64,000 nt of DNA, taken from positions 12,834,001 to 12,898,000 of the forward strand of contig CM106585.1 in the NCBI GenBank assembly GCA_048013815.1. Reading direction: 5' to 3'. The position numbers and the translations under genes are program-made. The notes beneath the pieces are model-generated. The model had not been told where the DNA came from. It saw only the letters and a program-made list of their open reading frames with translations, and did no database searches. The stretch is from Setoptus koraiensis. Its lineage: Eukaryota; Animalia; Arthropoda. This document shows positions 33,101-47,602 of the stretch, piece by piece. Every line of letters begins with the position of its first letter. The stretch's first letter is position 1.

Positions 33101-36100
33101 CAATGGCGCAATGGTGCACAATCCGATGGTGCATGGTGCATGGATGCAAACTGTGCATCAGTGCAGCAAAGTGCCATAGCGAGCACTTGTTGTTGGCATC
33201 GGCGGTTGGCGTGGTCACTACTACATAAGGTTGTGCCAGTTGTATGGTCACTACATACGGTGTGTGGGTTAGTGTGCGAATGGGGGGATATACACAATTG
33301 AAATAATAGAAATACCACTGCACTAAAACGCCAGTAATGAGAGCCGGCCGGCCGGCACCACTGACGGCCGAACAAACACGAGAGGCGGATAAATGAGCGG
33401 ATAATCGCGCCGCGCGAATCCGATCCAATGATGAGCACAATGATGAGCACAATGATGGCCAAAGTGAGTGCGATTATGCGCCATACGGGAACGAGACAGC
33501 GCCGAGACGAAGCCAAATGAATAATTCAATGATGGGCAGCCGGCAATTAGGCCGCTCGTCGGCGAGCGTCGTGCTCGACATTCCGTCGTGTTCGGTGCGC
33601 CGGCGCGGCCACTAAAATCTGCAAACTCTCACCTGAGCTAATGATAGATCGCGCTAATTGGACATTTGCTAATCGGGACGCAAACACAACAACAGCAACA
33701 GCGCCAACGCCGACAACAACAACAGCGGCAACAGCGGCAAAGGCAACAACAACATGGCAAACTCAATTAAATGATACAAATAATCGTGTACGGCACACAA
33801 ACAAAAGTTATCACTGGCTGGCGAGCGTTCGCGGCGAGCACGGCGCAGATATGATAATAATTAGCAATTATTCATATTCTTCATCGTGTTCACTGGCGAA
33901 CTCGCCAGCTCACAAACTCGCGAACCAACAAACTCGCAAACCAACGAGCTCGCAAACCAACAAACTCGCAAGCTCACAGAATCGCAGACTCGCAAACTCG
34001 GGCTCACGGTGCGTGTGCGTTTGTGTGAGAATGCGATCTTATCTCTCTGTCTGTCTATATCTGGCCGAACCGAATTCCATTTATGCAAATTAGCGCGCCG
34101 GCGATAAAATGCCATTGCTCGCTGGCTACATTGGTGTTGCTGAGAGTGGCCAGTATCCACTGTCCGTGCTCTTGTGTGCGCTGGCCGTAATCAGTACAGA
34201 TCGCGCTGATCAGCCACCGGCCGGCCGGCAACAAGTGGGCACCCTGCTCCCACTGCCGCTCCCCTCGTTCGTGTCGCATCTCCCCAGATATCAGCACAGA
34301 TATCAGCACAGATATCGGCACAGATAGCAGCACAGATATCACCCTACATACCGGCCAAGATATCATCGGATATTGTCGTGCGTACATACGCCACACATAC
34401 GATCTGTGACACAGATTCTGTGCCAATGGGCGCACACACACACACAAATCGCACAATAAATAATAGTAACAGAGAGTGTCATATCGTAGATCGAGACGAA
34501 CCAAGATGTTTATTACGTCATTATAAAGTCAAAATGTTGGCCTTGTTACGCAAATAATACGCCATAATAATAACAAACATAATGCAAATGCGAAACGCTG
34601 TTGCCAATTGGCAACAGCGTCGACAGCTTGTTGCGTCATCTGCGCAAGCTGATGCAACAAGCTCGAGATGGACAATCGAGTGATCAGATGCGCACATGAG
34701 CCGGCCAACAACAGGTAGCTCGAGTAACGGTACACAATTATCTCGAGCCACAAGATTGATGGATGTGTCGACATGACACGACGGCCCAACCGAACTGCAC
34801 GGCTGCTTTCAGGGCTCACATTGTATAGGCTCGGCTAGTCGCGGAATTGCCGGCGTTGCCGGGTCGCCAGCTTGCTCTCAAACAAAAGCTTGGCCAATTG
34901 ATGCGGCGGCCGATGTGCGGCCAGAATGTGAATTATGGCCAATTGCTAATGAGCGCGCATTGTTGAAAAGAACCGGATCTTGCTGGTCGCCTATTGAGTT
35001 GATTGACCATTCGGTTGACCAAATGGCCACTGGAGCCGCCATGAGCCGCTATGAGCCACAGCGAGCCACAGTGAGCCGCAACGAGCCACAACGAGCCACA
35101 ATGAGCCACAATGAGCCGACTGGTGTCGGCCAACTGTGAATTGTCGGACAATGAAGGCTCCTTTGTTGCCACAGTCGGCTCGCGTCGGCCAGTCGGTCAG
35201 CCGGACACGAGACGAGCGGCGACCGGCCAACCTCGCAATCCGAGCGCGATACCCGAGCGCATAGCCCGGCGCACAATATTGTCGGATATGCGAGCGCATA
35301 GCCCGGCGCGCAGTATTGTCGGATGTCCGAAAATATCCGCCGCACACGATAAATGATGCCATTCAATGGGATGCCGGCGTCGAACAGACGGGCCAGCGAT
35401 TGAGCCTCGTTGGAGCGGCCAAAAATATCGCCGTCGACGAGATAGTTCAATTTGAACTATCTCGTTACTCAATCAACTCTCGCCGACTCGCCGACTCTCG
35501 CCAACTGGCGCAACAACAGCAACAACAGCAACAACAGCGGCAACAACGGCAACAACGACGACGGCAACAACAACAACAACACACACGGGCCGACGCTGGA
35601 TAAATTAGCGAGAATTGCAATTGGAGAACGGCTAAATGGCATGGCGAGAAAGAGATAAAAGGAATTCTGTGGCTCTTTTATTGTTGCTCACGTCATGGCA
35701 GCAGCGTCATGATTCATAATGAACCAAATATAATGAGAAATCTCGGCGTCATTACCGAACGGGCCGGCGCAATAAACGCCGGCGAGCTGTGCCTGTCGGG
35801 CCGGCATTTGTGCAGTTATTATGTAAGTTATAATGCAAGTTGTGTGAGTTTGCTTTGAATTTGAGCCAAGCGAGCCACTTGTTGCTCATCGTTTGTGTGT
35901 TTATCTGTGTGTGTCTCGCCACTGCACGCCGCTATTAAATGCAATATCCCAACGGCGTCCTGTTTAGACATACTATATATAAATATATTTCCTATATTTG
36001 ACTACTATTCACTATAATTTGTTGTGTTGTATAGCGCTGTTGTGGCATGCCGGCCATAACACACACCAATAGAGAGATATTCCGACAAATTAATTAATTC

Positions 36101-39100
36101 ATTCATTCGCCTGGCCGCGCGGCCAGGCGATTGCGTCATCTCGCGTCATTGATGAGCTCACTGGCCGCTTAACGACGATTTGTTGGCCAACTTGTTAGCT
36201 AAATGGCTCAATGGCTCGAGCATTAGTCTTGCTAGTTAGTGTTGCGAGTTATCAATTGGCTGCGTCTCGCCGAATAAATGGCCACAAATAGCCAAATGGC
36301 CAATTGTGGTGGAGCATGCACAGGTGAATTAAGGCGCATAATGGCTTAGAATGACGGCAATGAATTGTATACCAATTGGCCGCTTATTGGCCGCTCATTA
36401 GCCAATGAGCCGCCAATCATTAGCGCTGATGAAGACGCGATAATGTTTGTTGGTGTTGCCATTGAGCCACGATTATGTAATAACAATAATAATATATCAA
36501 CAAAGAGACACAAACAAACCAAAAGTCCAGGCTCAAATGTTAATTATTGCGGCTATGACACCGGCCAGTCAAGTGTCTGCAGTCGAGTGTCTGCAGTCAA
36601 GTGTCAGAGCGACTCGAGTGACCATAGTGGCCGCAGCTCAGTGAGCAGAGTGGCCGCAGCTCAGCGAGCACAGTGAGCAGAGTGGCACAATTGGCCACAA
36701 TTAGACACCTGTTTAAATTAGTGTGGCAAATAAACATGTTTAGCGTGCCAACTATGTTGCAGCAGCAACTGGCACAGGCTGGCAGCATTAGTTGGCGCAG
36801 TGGTCAGTGGTTATTTTGGTCGCTCACCTGTCGCAATTTAACTTGATTTACGGGCACAACAGGCTGCTGCTGCTGCTGGCTGTGTATTTGTTGTTGCACA
36901 ACCAGCCGCATACATTGCGTAATGGCATAATTGCTGTGTGCAACTGTGACGACGTTGGCGTTGATTGACGGCCACTTGTTACGCTTGTTGGCGCTTCATC
37001 AACAACGTCACCTCGACCATCGCTATTTAATGGGCGCATTTTGTGCGTTTGCATTGATTGGCTCCTATTGGCCGTGTGCTCCAATTGTAACAACCGTCAC
37101 ACACTCGACGGCGACATTGCGCTCGACTCAACTGGCAGCTTTATTGCCGGCTCACATTATACACATTATACACATTATATGCTATTATGCTATTATGTAA
37201 TATTGTTATGTAACATATATAGGCAGTAGTCGGCCGGCCAAATGTTTGAAATGCATTTGATTTGCATCGCATTATCGCTATATTGTAACTATTGTGTAAC
37301 AACTGGCCGGCCAACTTTGACGACATACCGGCGGCCAAGCTGCCACATGAGCCGCATATTAACGCCGCAAATTGCGCACAATTATTGCCCAGTCAGTTAT
37401 TTATGGCGATATTATGGCGATAGCTGTTGCGCTGGCCGGCGATGCCGAGCTCACAAATCAATCTCGCCACTGTCAGAGGCCGCGATGGTGTCTAAATTAG
37501 TCGGTGCCTCGCTTGCCGCTTGTCTCGCCCGCCAGGTTCCGTCCGGCCGACTGTGCCGAGCTCGACGCCGCCGAAACGAGCGGCTCTCTGCCGCTCGAAA
37601 AGAATCGCTCGAAAAGAATCGCTCGAAAAGAATCGCGGGCGCATCAGAGTGGCCATCGCTCAAGCGATCGCACGAGCGATTGCGCAAGAGATCACACGAA
37701 CGGCTGCGCCAGAAATACCGTTAATCTCTGATTGTATTGGCCCGTCGTCATGGCAGCAGCTGCTTGCGCCGCTGACCAACTGCGATCCGGCAACTGACCA
37801 ACTGTCAGTTGGCTGATTGGCTCGGCTGCCACTTGGGGGCGGCCGTCGTTTCAGGCTGGCGTCACTTCAGGCGGCCACAGTTGCGAGCGACACTCCATCG
37901 GATGTATCACACAAATCACGAGATATCATGAGATCACATGCCAGCTTGTTGCGCCGAGATTTTGCAGCCGACGAGCACGCCTAAAATCGATCATCGCTAA
38001 TCAATTATAAAATTAGCCCAGCGACAAGAGCCGAGAAACAATTAACGGCGACGCAACACTTTCGATGATATCATACTGCTTGTGAGCTGCTCGCCAGAGT
38101 TTCTTGCAAAGCCAATTCAGCTCGCCGGCCGCATGTCCGGCATGTCCGGCATGTCGATACGGGCCGGACATGGCAAATCTCGCCGTGTCTCTGACGGGAA
38201 TCTTTCATTTTTCATTTTTCATTTTAAAAAGTGCAAAGCGAGCTCGCCAAGCCACGGCCAAATATCGGCCGGCGCACAGCGTGCCGGACAATGGCGAGCA
38301 ATCGAAACGGCACGGCGTGCGTGCAGCTTATAATCAGATGGGCGCAGGTACAATCGGTGCGCAGGTATAATTAGTGCAGGTGAGCGCCGCGGATAATCCC
38401 GCTAATAACGCTTCTTTTTGGCCGAACTTTCTTTTGGTTTCTCTAGTCGATTGTGGCCATTTGCTGGGCCGATCTCGTGATGTGTCGGCCGGCTTTATTA
38501 ACCTCGGGCGCGATCGGCCGGCAACGAGCGCTCAATGGACTCATTAAGTCGAGTTGCGGGCCGGTTGCGCATTCTTGCCCGCGACTTCGAACGCAGCCCT
38601 CGAACTGTTCGAGTCGAGCACGGTCGCAGCGAGCGTTCGCCGCGTTCGCCGCGAACGTTCGACTGTTCGACGGCGTTCGAAGCGAGCGTTCGGAGCGAAC
38701 AGTGCGAGTCGAACAGTGCGAGTCGAACAGTGCGAGTCGAACTGCTCGCTGGCAGCAACAGTTGCCAGCGTAATTAAATTGCCCGAATTAGATGGCACTC
38801 GGCTGCGGATTGGCCAGCGCCAACATTCGGCCGAACGGACTGCCGAACAACGGCCAGACAGACGGCCAAACGGAGCGATTTGCACGTACTGGGGCGCTCG
38901 AGTGCCGTTAGAACGAGCCCGTGGGGCGAGATTCCATCACGGATTTGGAGGGCAGCGCAACTCTCTGGCCGCGATGCTGGCTCGTTTGTCGAGTCGCCAG
39001 TTCGCAGTTCGCGGCTCGCAGTTCGCGGCTCGCGGCGCGAACCAGAAGGAATTCGCCAATTGCAATTTGCAGCCGCGGCACCGTTTCGGCTTAAACACTC

Positions 39101-42100
39101 GAAGCGCTGATAATCTCTGGCCCTATTCGCGCCGTCGATTCTGTATGATTGCACATGCGAATCCACGAGCGAATTTGCGGATAATTCCACATTTAATTCC
39201 GTGCTTAATAACATGCAAAACTGCGTGCACAACGCGCCAGCGGACGGAGCAACATAATTACTGCAGACGGGCGAGCAGATGATGAGGGCCATTTAATCAG
39301 CGGCTCCACTCGCCAACCGGCCAACCGGCCAATATTTGCATGCACTTGCCGAGTGGTCAGCGTGTTGAGCCGAGTGCCGTGCGTCAACTTGCAGTGCTCA
39401 ACACGCTGACCACTCCAAGTTGGCGCGCGGCGCCGCTAGGCGGCGCTCGATAATTGCCACTTGCTGCTGGCTGCCAGCTTTGGGTTCATGCGTCCAACAA
39501 ATGGTGCCCATTGTGGCCACTTTGCCCGTCGCTCGCCGTTGCCCGTCGCCCGATGTTGCCCGTCGCCCGATGTTGGCCGCCGGTCGGTCGGGCCGAACGG
39601 GCAACAGCGCCAACAATTGGTATCAATACAATGAGCGCGATGCAAAACAAGTCGCAAGTGGCTGCCGATGGCGCGATCGTGCGACTCATTGTGATTCGCG
39701 GTGACGGACACATCGGTGGCACTCAAGCGAACAGGTAGCCGGTCGTCGGTCGTCATATTTTGGCCGTTGTTGTTGTTGTGACAACAATGGCCAAAATATG
39801 ACCACTCCAATGGCCACTCAATGGCAGCCGCGAACCGAGAGCCGCGAACCGAGAGCCGCGAAACGAGAGCTTCGAAATGAGAGCTTCGAAATGAGAGCTG
39901 CCACCGGTGGCCGAATGGAGGATGCTTGCCGAATCGCTCAATTGGTCGGTGCGGCTCGGCCGACGATCGCCAGCAAGAGCGGCGCTCGCCGAGAGAGATG
40001 GCAAATTGGACAGAGCGAGAGAGATGGCAAATTGGACAGAGCGAGAGAGAGAATTAACACTTTTGTTGGGTCTCTTTGTGCTGCGAGCGCCTGTCAAATG
40101 TTTTGTCCATATTCAAGGCAAACAACAACTCGCTGCCACAATGAATAGACCCAATGCCAATCACCGCCGCGATTTGATTTTGTGCGCGGCCATTCTCAAT
40201 CCCGACCGGCGACCCGCGACTCCCGACCGGCGACTCGCGACCGGCGACTGCCGACCCGCGACTCGCGACTTGCGCTGGCAGTTTCGCCGCCGAGCGGGCC
40301 GAAGCTGTCGAGCGGGCCGGCGCTCGGGCAAGCCGAAACCCAGTGAAACAAAATCAGAGTCGGCCGACAACAACAAGTGTCTCAATGCACTTGAGCGCAT
40401 GATCGATGGGCGCGAGCGGCCGTCTACGCACGGTAAACAAATTTTATCATTATTTTTATTTCGACAACGGCATTTATCATGCGTTATCATGTGCGTTCGC
40501 AGAACAAAGGCCGCTCTCTCTGTTGATTGCTGCCGATATTTGCCGATGAATCGCTGATAAACTGCTGCCAGACCAACGATAAACTGCTGCCCGAGCGACC
40601 AAAAACGCTGCCAGAGCGACCAAAAACGCTGCCAGAGCAACCATAAACTGCTGACAAACTGCCGATAGAGCGGCCCTAATTGTTGCGCAGCCAGGCCAAT
40701 TAGTGCGCCAAACGCAAATGCATCATGCACAACAGGTAAACAGTCGCCGGGCTGCAAATTGCTGCTGGTCTAGTTAGCCAGTGATCGATCGGACCGACTA
40801 ATGGGCCGCCAACAGCAAACAAGCGGCGACAATTGCCGGCCCGAAGGCCAGCCTCGCCGGTGCTTTACCTGGCCATTATCTCGGGCCGGTGGCGGGCAAA
40901 AGCTCCACTCCACTTGCGGGCAAAACGCCGGCGAAACGCCAGCAAAATGCGAGCGAAATCGGGCGAGATGCGAGCAAATCGAAGCGAGGGCAAAGCGCAG
41001 GTAAATCGGAGCGAAATGGGAGTAAGGCTCCGAGGACGGCCATTAATTGGCAGCGTCGCAGAGTGGAAAGTAATTAATTTTGCGCCTGTGCATCCCCCAA
41101 TGCAAACAACACACAATTTGAGGCGCAATTAATTAGTGCGACGCTGCCCGAAACGCTGCTCCATTGCGGCCCGAGTGGCACAGACGAAATCATAATCCGA
41201 TAAGAGATAATTTGCAAAAATTGATGCTCTTTTACATGCGAGTGACCATTGGAAACTTACCATTTAATTTCATGCTCTTGATGTCCACTAAAAGCGTTGG
41301 CACGCCCGCCAATCTTGCGCCGCTTTCCCGCAGCGACTCCTCGAACGCCATGCCAATTTGCGGCGCCGCATACACTATGCTCTCGGACAACAGTACCCGG
41401 AAGCTCACTAAAATGCCCACGGGTAAGGCACGTCTGCGTGGACATTGGGCGTTTGGGCATTTAAATTGGACCATTTGCACCGATTAATAATAGTAAGTTG
41501 TTGTTATCGTTTTCATGTTGATGGTCGATGACGGCAATGACCATGTTGATGATGAAAATGGTGATGCCGGTGACGATGATGACGATGGCGATGATGGCAG
41601 CGGTGACCATGCAATTGATGGCGAAACGTAATGATGAGATAGAATAATAATTAGATATGGCATATCAACACATTGGCAACATCACATCGCAAGCGTCATT
41701 ATGCGACATGACAGCTAATTGCGCAACATGCAGCCCATTATGCGTACAACATGTATCACTATGTATTACATAATGCATCGGATATGCGCCACATTCAAGG
41801 TGAACATGAGCAACATTGTGCATGTTAACTGTGTTTGCTGTCTAATTAGCAATTTACTCCTATTTTATTAAATTATATCTTAGATTTAGTGGCATTATGT
41901 CTCGCTTGCTCACATTTCGAACAAACTTGACCGTTTTGGCCACTCGGGCCATTTCTGGCAGAGCTGGCCATTTGGCTGGCCATTGGCCGAAATGGGCCGA
42001 GCGGCCAAACTGGCCAGCGGGCTCAACAGTGTTGAGTCAACACACACACACACTGTTTGTACTTACGTTATTGAGGTGACTTCGGATCGGCCATAAAATC

Positions 42101-45100
42101 GTCGCATGTCGTTGCCTCTGAATACCTGATCGAGCTGTTTGTTGTGGCGGTCAATTAAGTTGGTTAGGTTCGTTAGTCGGTTGGTTGGCTAATTAGCAAT
42201 TAGTGTGCGATGCGAGTCTCGTCGCAACAACAGGATGCAACTCATGGCAAACTCATGGCAAACTCATGGCAAACTCATGCCAAACTCACAGCCTCACTCG
42301 GGCTACTCACCAATTTGACGATGCTTTCCGCCAGAGGGGAACGGGCCGAGCTCATGCTAATGGAATAGTTTTGGCTTATTATCACAAATTCGCCAATTAC
42401 CAATTTGCTACCTGAAATTGTGATGAAATTGTGATGGAATTGTGTGTGTATGAATTGCATAATTATTGCGTTATTATTATTAGTTATTATGCATATTGTT
42501 TTGCATGTCGCCGATATGACTCTCAGAGGGTATCTCTCAGATTGGGGCCATTTGGCATAATTTGGGATATTTGGGGGCTATTGGGGATATTTGGGAGGTA
42601 TTGGGAATATTTTGGGGGCATTGGGGCGAGACTTACGCAGTGGCAACTGGTCGGTGGTGTTGGCTAGTGGCTCCAGTTCGTTGGTGTGCGCTATTGTCCT
42701 GCCATTGTTTGCGTACGGCTGCTGCTGTCGATCTGTCGGTTGATAACGATTCAAGTTAGTTGGTTCAAGTTAGTTACGTTAGAATTGCGTCACGAGCTTG
42801 GATTATCGTTCAGTGTTTTGGGTATCGCCGAGTGTTTTGGGTATCGCCGAGTGTTTTGGGTATCGCCGAGTGTTTTGAATATCGTTGTGTTTAAATGTAG
42901 TCACGTTACGTAACGATGGCCGCAACTGCCAATTACGCCGGCCACTGGCGGCCACTCACTAATTGATTTGTCGGCCAGCGGCAGCATGTGCCAACAGTGG
43001 CTAGTTATGCAACAACTACAAGTTAGTTTGACAAGTCAGTTTGACAAGTCAGTTTGACGAGTTAGTTTGGGCGCATCGATGCCGCTCATGGCACAACCAC
43101 ACCAACTAATAACAACTGAAAGTAATCAGGCGCAATTTAGTGAAAAAGCTTGCGTCTTGCTGGCGGCTCCATCGGCACAACAATTCACTTTTGCGACAAC
43201 CCAGTTACGCTTCAATGTCTGCTCTATATCGCGCGATATCGTGCTTATGTCGTGTGCATATTGCGCGGATATTTCATGTATATCGTGCGGATATTTCGTG
43301 TATATCGCGCGGATATTTGGTGTATTGGTGGCGCCTATGTTTGGTGTATGTATAACGAGCGAGCTGGCTCACAGAGAGCTGACACACGAGGGCGAGCAGC
43401 TGATCGCTGTCATTGGTCGGTTAGTGTGAGCGGGGCCCGATGATTGATGGTCATGTTGATGTGACAATCAAGTGCTCTAATTATGTCACTAGTTCAACAA
43501 CGACAAGTCTTGTTGTAAACATTAATCTCTCTTCTCCGCTTCATGCTCGTAGTACAAGGCCCCACGTATGTGCGGCTGCCGACATTGGCTGGCACTCGAC
43601 TAGCTAGTCATGCGACTCGCACCACCATATAGCACCGCGGCACCACGGCACCACGAGGCACCACATCGCACCACATTGCACCATGCTGCACCATGCTGCA
43701 CCATATAGTGCAGCACTTGGCAAGTTGGTTGCAGTTGCATGCCAGCGACGCTGCGGGCTGCGACCCCGCGCGGGCTGAGGCTCGCCGGCGAACAAGCAAA
43801 TGAGTGAATGATGAATGGGCGGTTAAATTAAAAGTGGCTCCTCATTTGGCTGACTTGGCCGCCAGTGGGGCCACTCTGGCGCATGCTGCATCATGCTGCA
43901 TCATGCTGCATCATGTTGCACCATGTTGTATGATGTTGCATCATGTTGTATGATGTTGTATGGATGCGAGCGCGACTAATTCACTTTGCCGCCGCACTAA
44001 CTAACTAACAAACAAACCAAACCGAAGAAGCTACTCACACCGAACAGCTTTTAGCCATCAAGCGACGCGTGCTCCCATCCGCATCCACACTGCTCGACAC
44101 TGTGCCCGACGCATCCGCGCCGAATCCGCACTGTGCCCGACGTGTCCGCGCCGGTCCGCGCCGTATCCGCGCCATGTCCGCGCTATATCCGCGGCATATT
44201 CGCGGTATATGGACATTGTGTGGATACCATCGTACAAAGTGGATACCATCAGGCTACAGAGTGGACACTGGCGCGCAGAGTGGACACTGGCGCGTGGTGC
44301 GGACATCCAAATGTGCAAATCCGAAGCGGAGGCCACATGCTAATGGACAGTTACGGTTTTGGGCCGTATCAAAAGCGTCGCCAAACGCACGTTACAAGCG
44401 TTTCACTTGATCAATCACACGACGACCATCAACAGCCAAGAGAGGGAGCTGTGCGCCTAATTAGCGGCCACTCACTCACCATTAGTCGCTGACCATTACT
44501 TGTCGCTGTGAGTTGCTCTTTTGCGTCGCCAAAGCTGCTCTTTGCGCTGCAAACAGCGGCCGCGCAACAACAATGGCCCCGACTAATAACAGTCTCATCA
44601 CACTCTGTTACACTCTCCCTCACTCGGGCGTCTGGGAGCCGCTTGCGAGCAGTCGTCACTGTGCCAACAGCGAGTGATAACTGGTCAGAGCAGCGAGCAG
44701 CGTGCGGCCGCGCCATCAACTGACCGGAAGTAAATGGGGCCGCAGCGATAATGCAGCCATGATAAGCGGCCGTTAACTAATGCTCAGTGTTTAGGTGGCG
44801 CTGAATGGGGCGCCGAGCAAAATATATTTTGTTTGTGTGCATTATCTCTGGCGCACTCAACAATAGACAAGTAAGTGATGATGGCTCGCTCCATCTCATT
44901 ACCGGCTGCGTCCGTCGCTCGCATCGCGCAAAATTGTCGAGTTTGGCCCGCACAGTCCGGCCCGCACAGTCCGGCCCGCACAGTCCGGCCCACACTTGGG
45001 CCAACAGTGCACAGTCCGGCCAACAGTGCAAAGTGCAGTGCCGGTCTGCGCGGACACGGGCCGCATCCGTTGTGCGCGTTCGGGCAAGTTGCGGGCAAGT

Positions 45101-47558
45101 CGCGGGCTTCGGCCAGATACAAAACGACCGCTGACAAGAGTCAGTGTGTCCAAGTCACAATCGCATAGTGCCCGTCACTATAGAGATGATGCAATTTGCC
45201 TATATCGGAGTGACACGTAAACAGCAGCCATGACATGCCAAGCGACATGCCAAGACTCTCGACGAGACTCTCGACAACAGTGACAAAGGCACACACCGAG
45301 CTAATTAAGGCGAGTCGCTAATTAAAGAGTTGAGATAACGCACAACGATGATTGCGATTGCGCAATTGGAGCATGGTTATATTATTATTGGCGCATGCAA
45401 TCAGAATGCAACGGCCAGTCACTCAAAATAATCAATTGCACTTGTCAAATGGAATCGCTGCTCATGTGATGACGATTATTATTATTACTTTTGGTATTAT
45501 TATTGTCGCTGTTATTATTGTCGCTGTTATTATTGTCGCTGTTATTATCATTGCGATGGTGTCATGAGTCATGGTGACATGCCGGCGACACACAATCGCG
45601 CCACATGCCATTATGACATAACATGTCATAATTGAGTAATGTGCCCAAGCCAGCAACTAATTGAGTTGTCATGTAATGACGCTCAATTCAAATTACCAGC
45701 CAGATATAGCAAGCTCATGTCAGATATGGCAGCCCCATGGCAGCCATACAGCGGCCAAACAGCGGCCAAACAGCACCGGCGGACAGTGCAGTCGTCATGG
45801 CGACGAGCACTGTTACTACTATCACGTTATTGTCAGTATCTTTACTGCCAGTGATAGTATCACTGGTATTATCATTTTTATCGGCACTATTCGGCAACAG
45901 CAGCAGCAGCAGCGGCCAGCTCGAGCGCCCCAACAAACAAACACCAAGCGTCAGTTGCGACCGGCCAGCCAGCCGGTCACACGGGCCGGTTGCGTCGTGC
46001 AGCGAGCGCCATGAATGAAATTAAATCAGGCTCAATCGCACAATTACGGCCGCTTCATCGGGGCCGCTCGATTTGGGGCCGCTCGATTTGGGGCCGCTCG
46101 ATTTGGCCAGTTGATTGGGGCCAGTTGGGCCGACATATGGGCTGTATGGCTATGGTATTAGGAGTGTTGTATGAGTTTGGTACGGGTTTGGCCTTGAGTG
46201 GGCAATTTTTGCAACTAGCGGCAATTTTATCTGCTCTGACAAACCAATCTAGCAAACTGGGCAAACGAGCTGTAGCTGTAGCTGTGTCAGTTTGCATTTG
46301 GCACACACCAGATGCAATGTGAATGGCGAGCAACATAAATCACGTGCCATCGATACACAACACAACGGCTGATGGACGCAAGAAACAACAAATAATGATT
46401 TATATCGCCAGTGCGCAACATTGATTGGGCAGCCCGGCGACACTGGCCATTGGGTTGTGTTACATAACTGCATGCCTATGATGGATGCGAAGAGGCTTGT
46501 GTCGCAACGTGTGACACAGCGTTGCAATTGCGACAACAACAACAACAGCGACAACAGCGACAACAACAACAACAGCGGCGACACAACGACACAACGGCGG
46601 CGACAAGACGCCACGCAAAACGAGCCCCACTTTTGTATGGGAGACTGTCGCATGGGAGAGTGTTGTTTGCGACGGGAGAAAATATTTATAGCTTGTGGTG
46701 CAGTTATAGTGCAGTTACAGCACTACTCACAAACTCACAAACTCACAAACTCACACACTCACACACTCACACACTAATCGCTCGCCAGCCAGTTCAGCGG
46801 CCAGTTCAGCGGCCAGTTCAGCGGCCAGTTCAGCGGCCAGTTCAGCGGCCAGTTTGGACATTCGGGCGTTTGGGCGTTCGGACGTTTGGGCGTTCGGACG
46901 TTCGGTCGCTGCGATGTCGCTGCCATCGTGCGATCTGGCGAGCTTGCGTTGCGCCACTGGCATCGGCCGATCGCCAGCAACAATATCGAGAGCAACAACG
47001 TCGAGAGCGACAACGTCGAGCCAACAACATCGAGCGAGCGGGCACAGTAACTGGGACCATTAGCTGCGCGCGTATGTCATTGGTCATTGCATCATTAGGG
47101 GGCGCCCAGTGTCATTTGGTGGGCCGTTTGTTGTTTGTCGATCGATTCGGTTGCATCGTTTTGGAGAGCTGTCAGCTGCTGTCAATTGCACTGTCGCTGC
47201 CGACACTGCCGGCCGCTGCCGATACTAGCGGCCGCTGGCGCCGCCGATCGGCCAGCAATGTCAGCCAGAGAAGATGATCATTTGCATATCGATCATTAGC
47301 GCTGCAAATGACGCACTTTTGCCACTTTTGCCCGGCCACACTTTTTGCCGATAAAAACTCGCTTGCTTATGCTTGCTCTCGCAAGCTTATGTAACTCGCT
47401 TATGTAACTCGCTTGCGTAACTGGCTGCCATAAACAATGGCGTGGTCACAGGCTGAAATGGGCATTCCAGCGGCAGCTAACTAGCAGCACGATTGTGTCA
47501 CCATGACACAACAACCGATACTAGCTAGTTATTGACGACAGCCAACACTGACAACTCG

Positions 47559-47602
<44 letters not shown>

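Noticed and set aside
36828-36985. Q-rich open frame ending at a CAG|GTGAGC donor on the minus strand
   Set aside because: It ends in phase 0 and is incompatible with the flanking phase-1 exons; no partner exon was found.
44480-44546. 67-nt minus-strand segment with a strong acceptor and donor (AKSSFGDAKEQLTATSNGQRLM)
   Set aside because: The only stop-free reading is phase 2 to 0, which breaks the gene's frame unless unseen partner exons exist; it could be a poison exon or chance.
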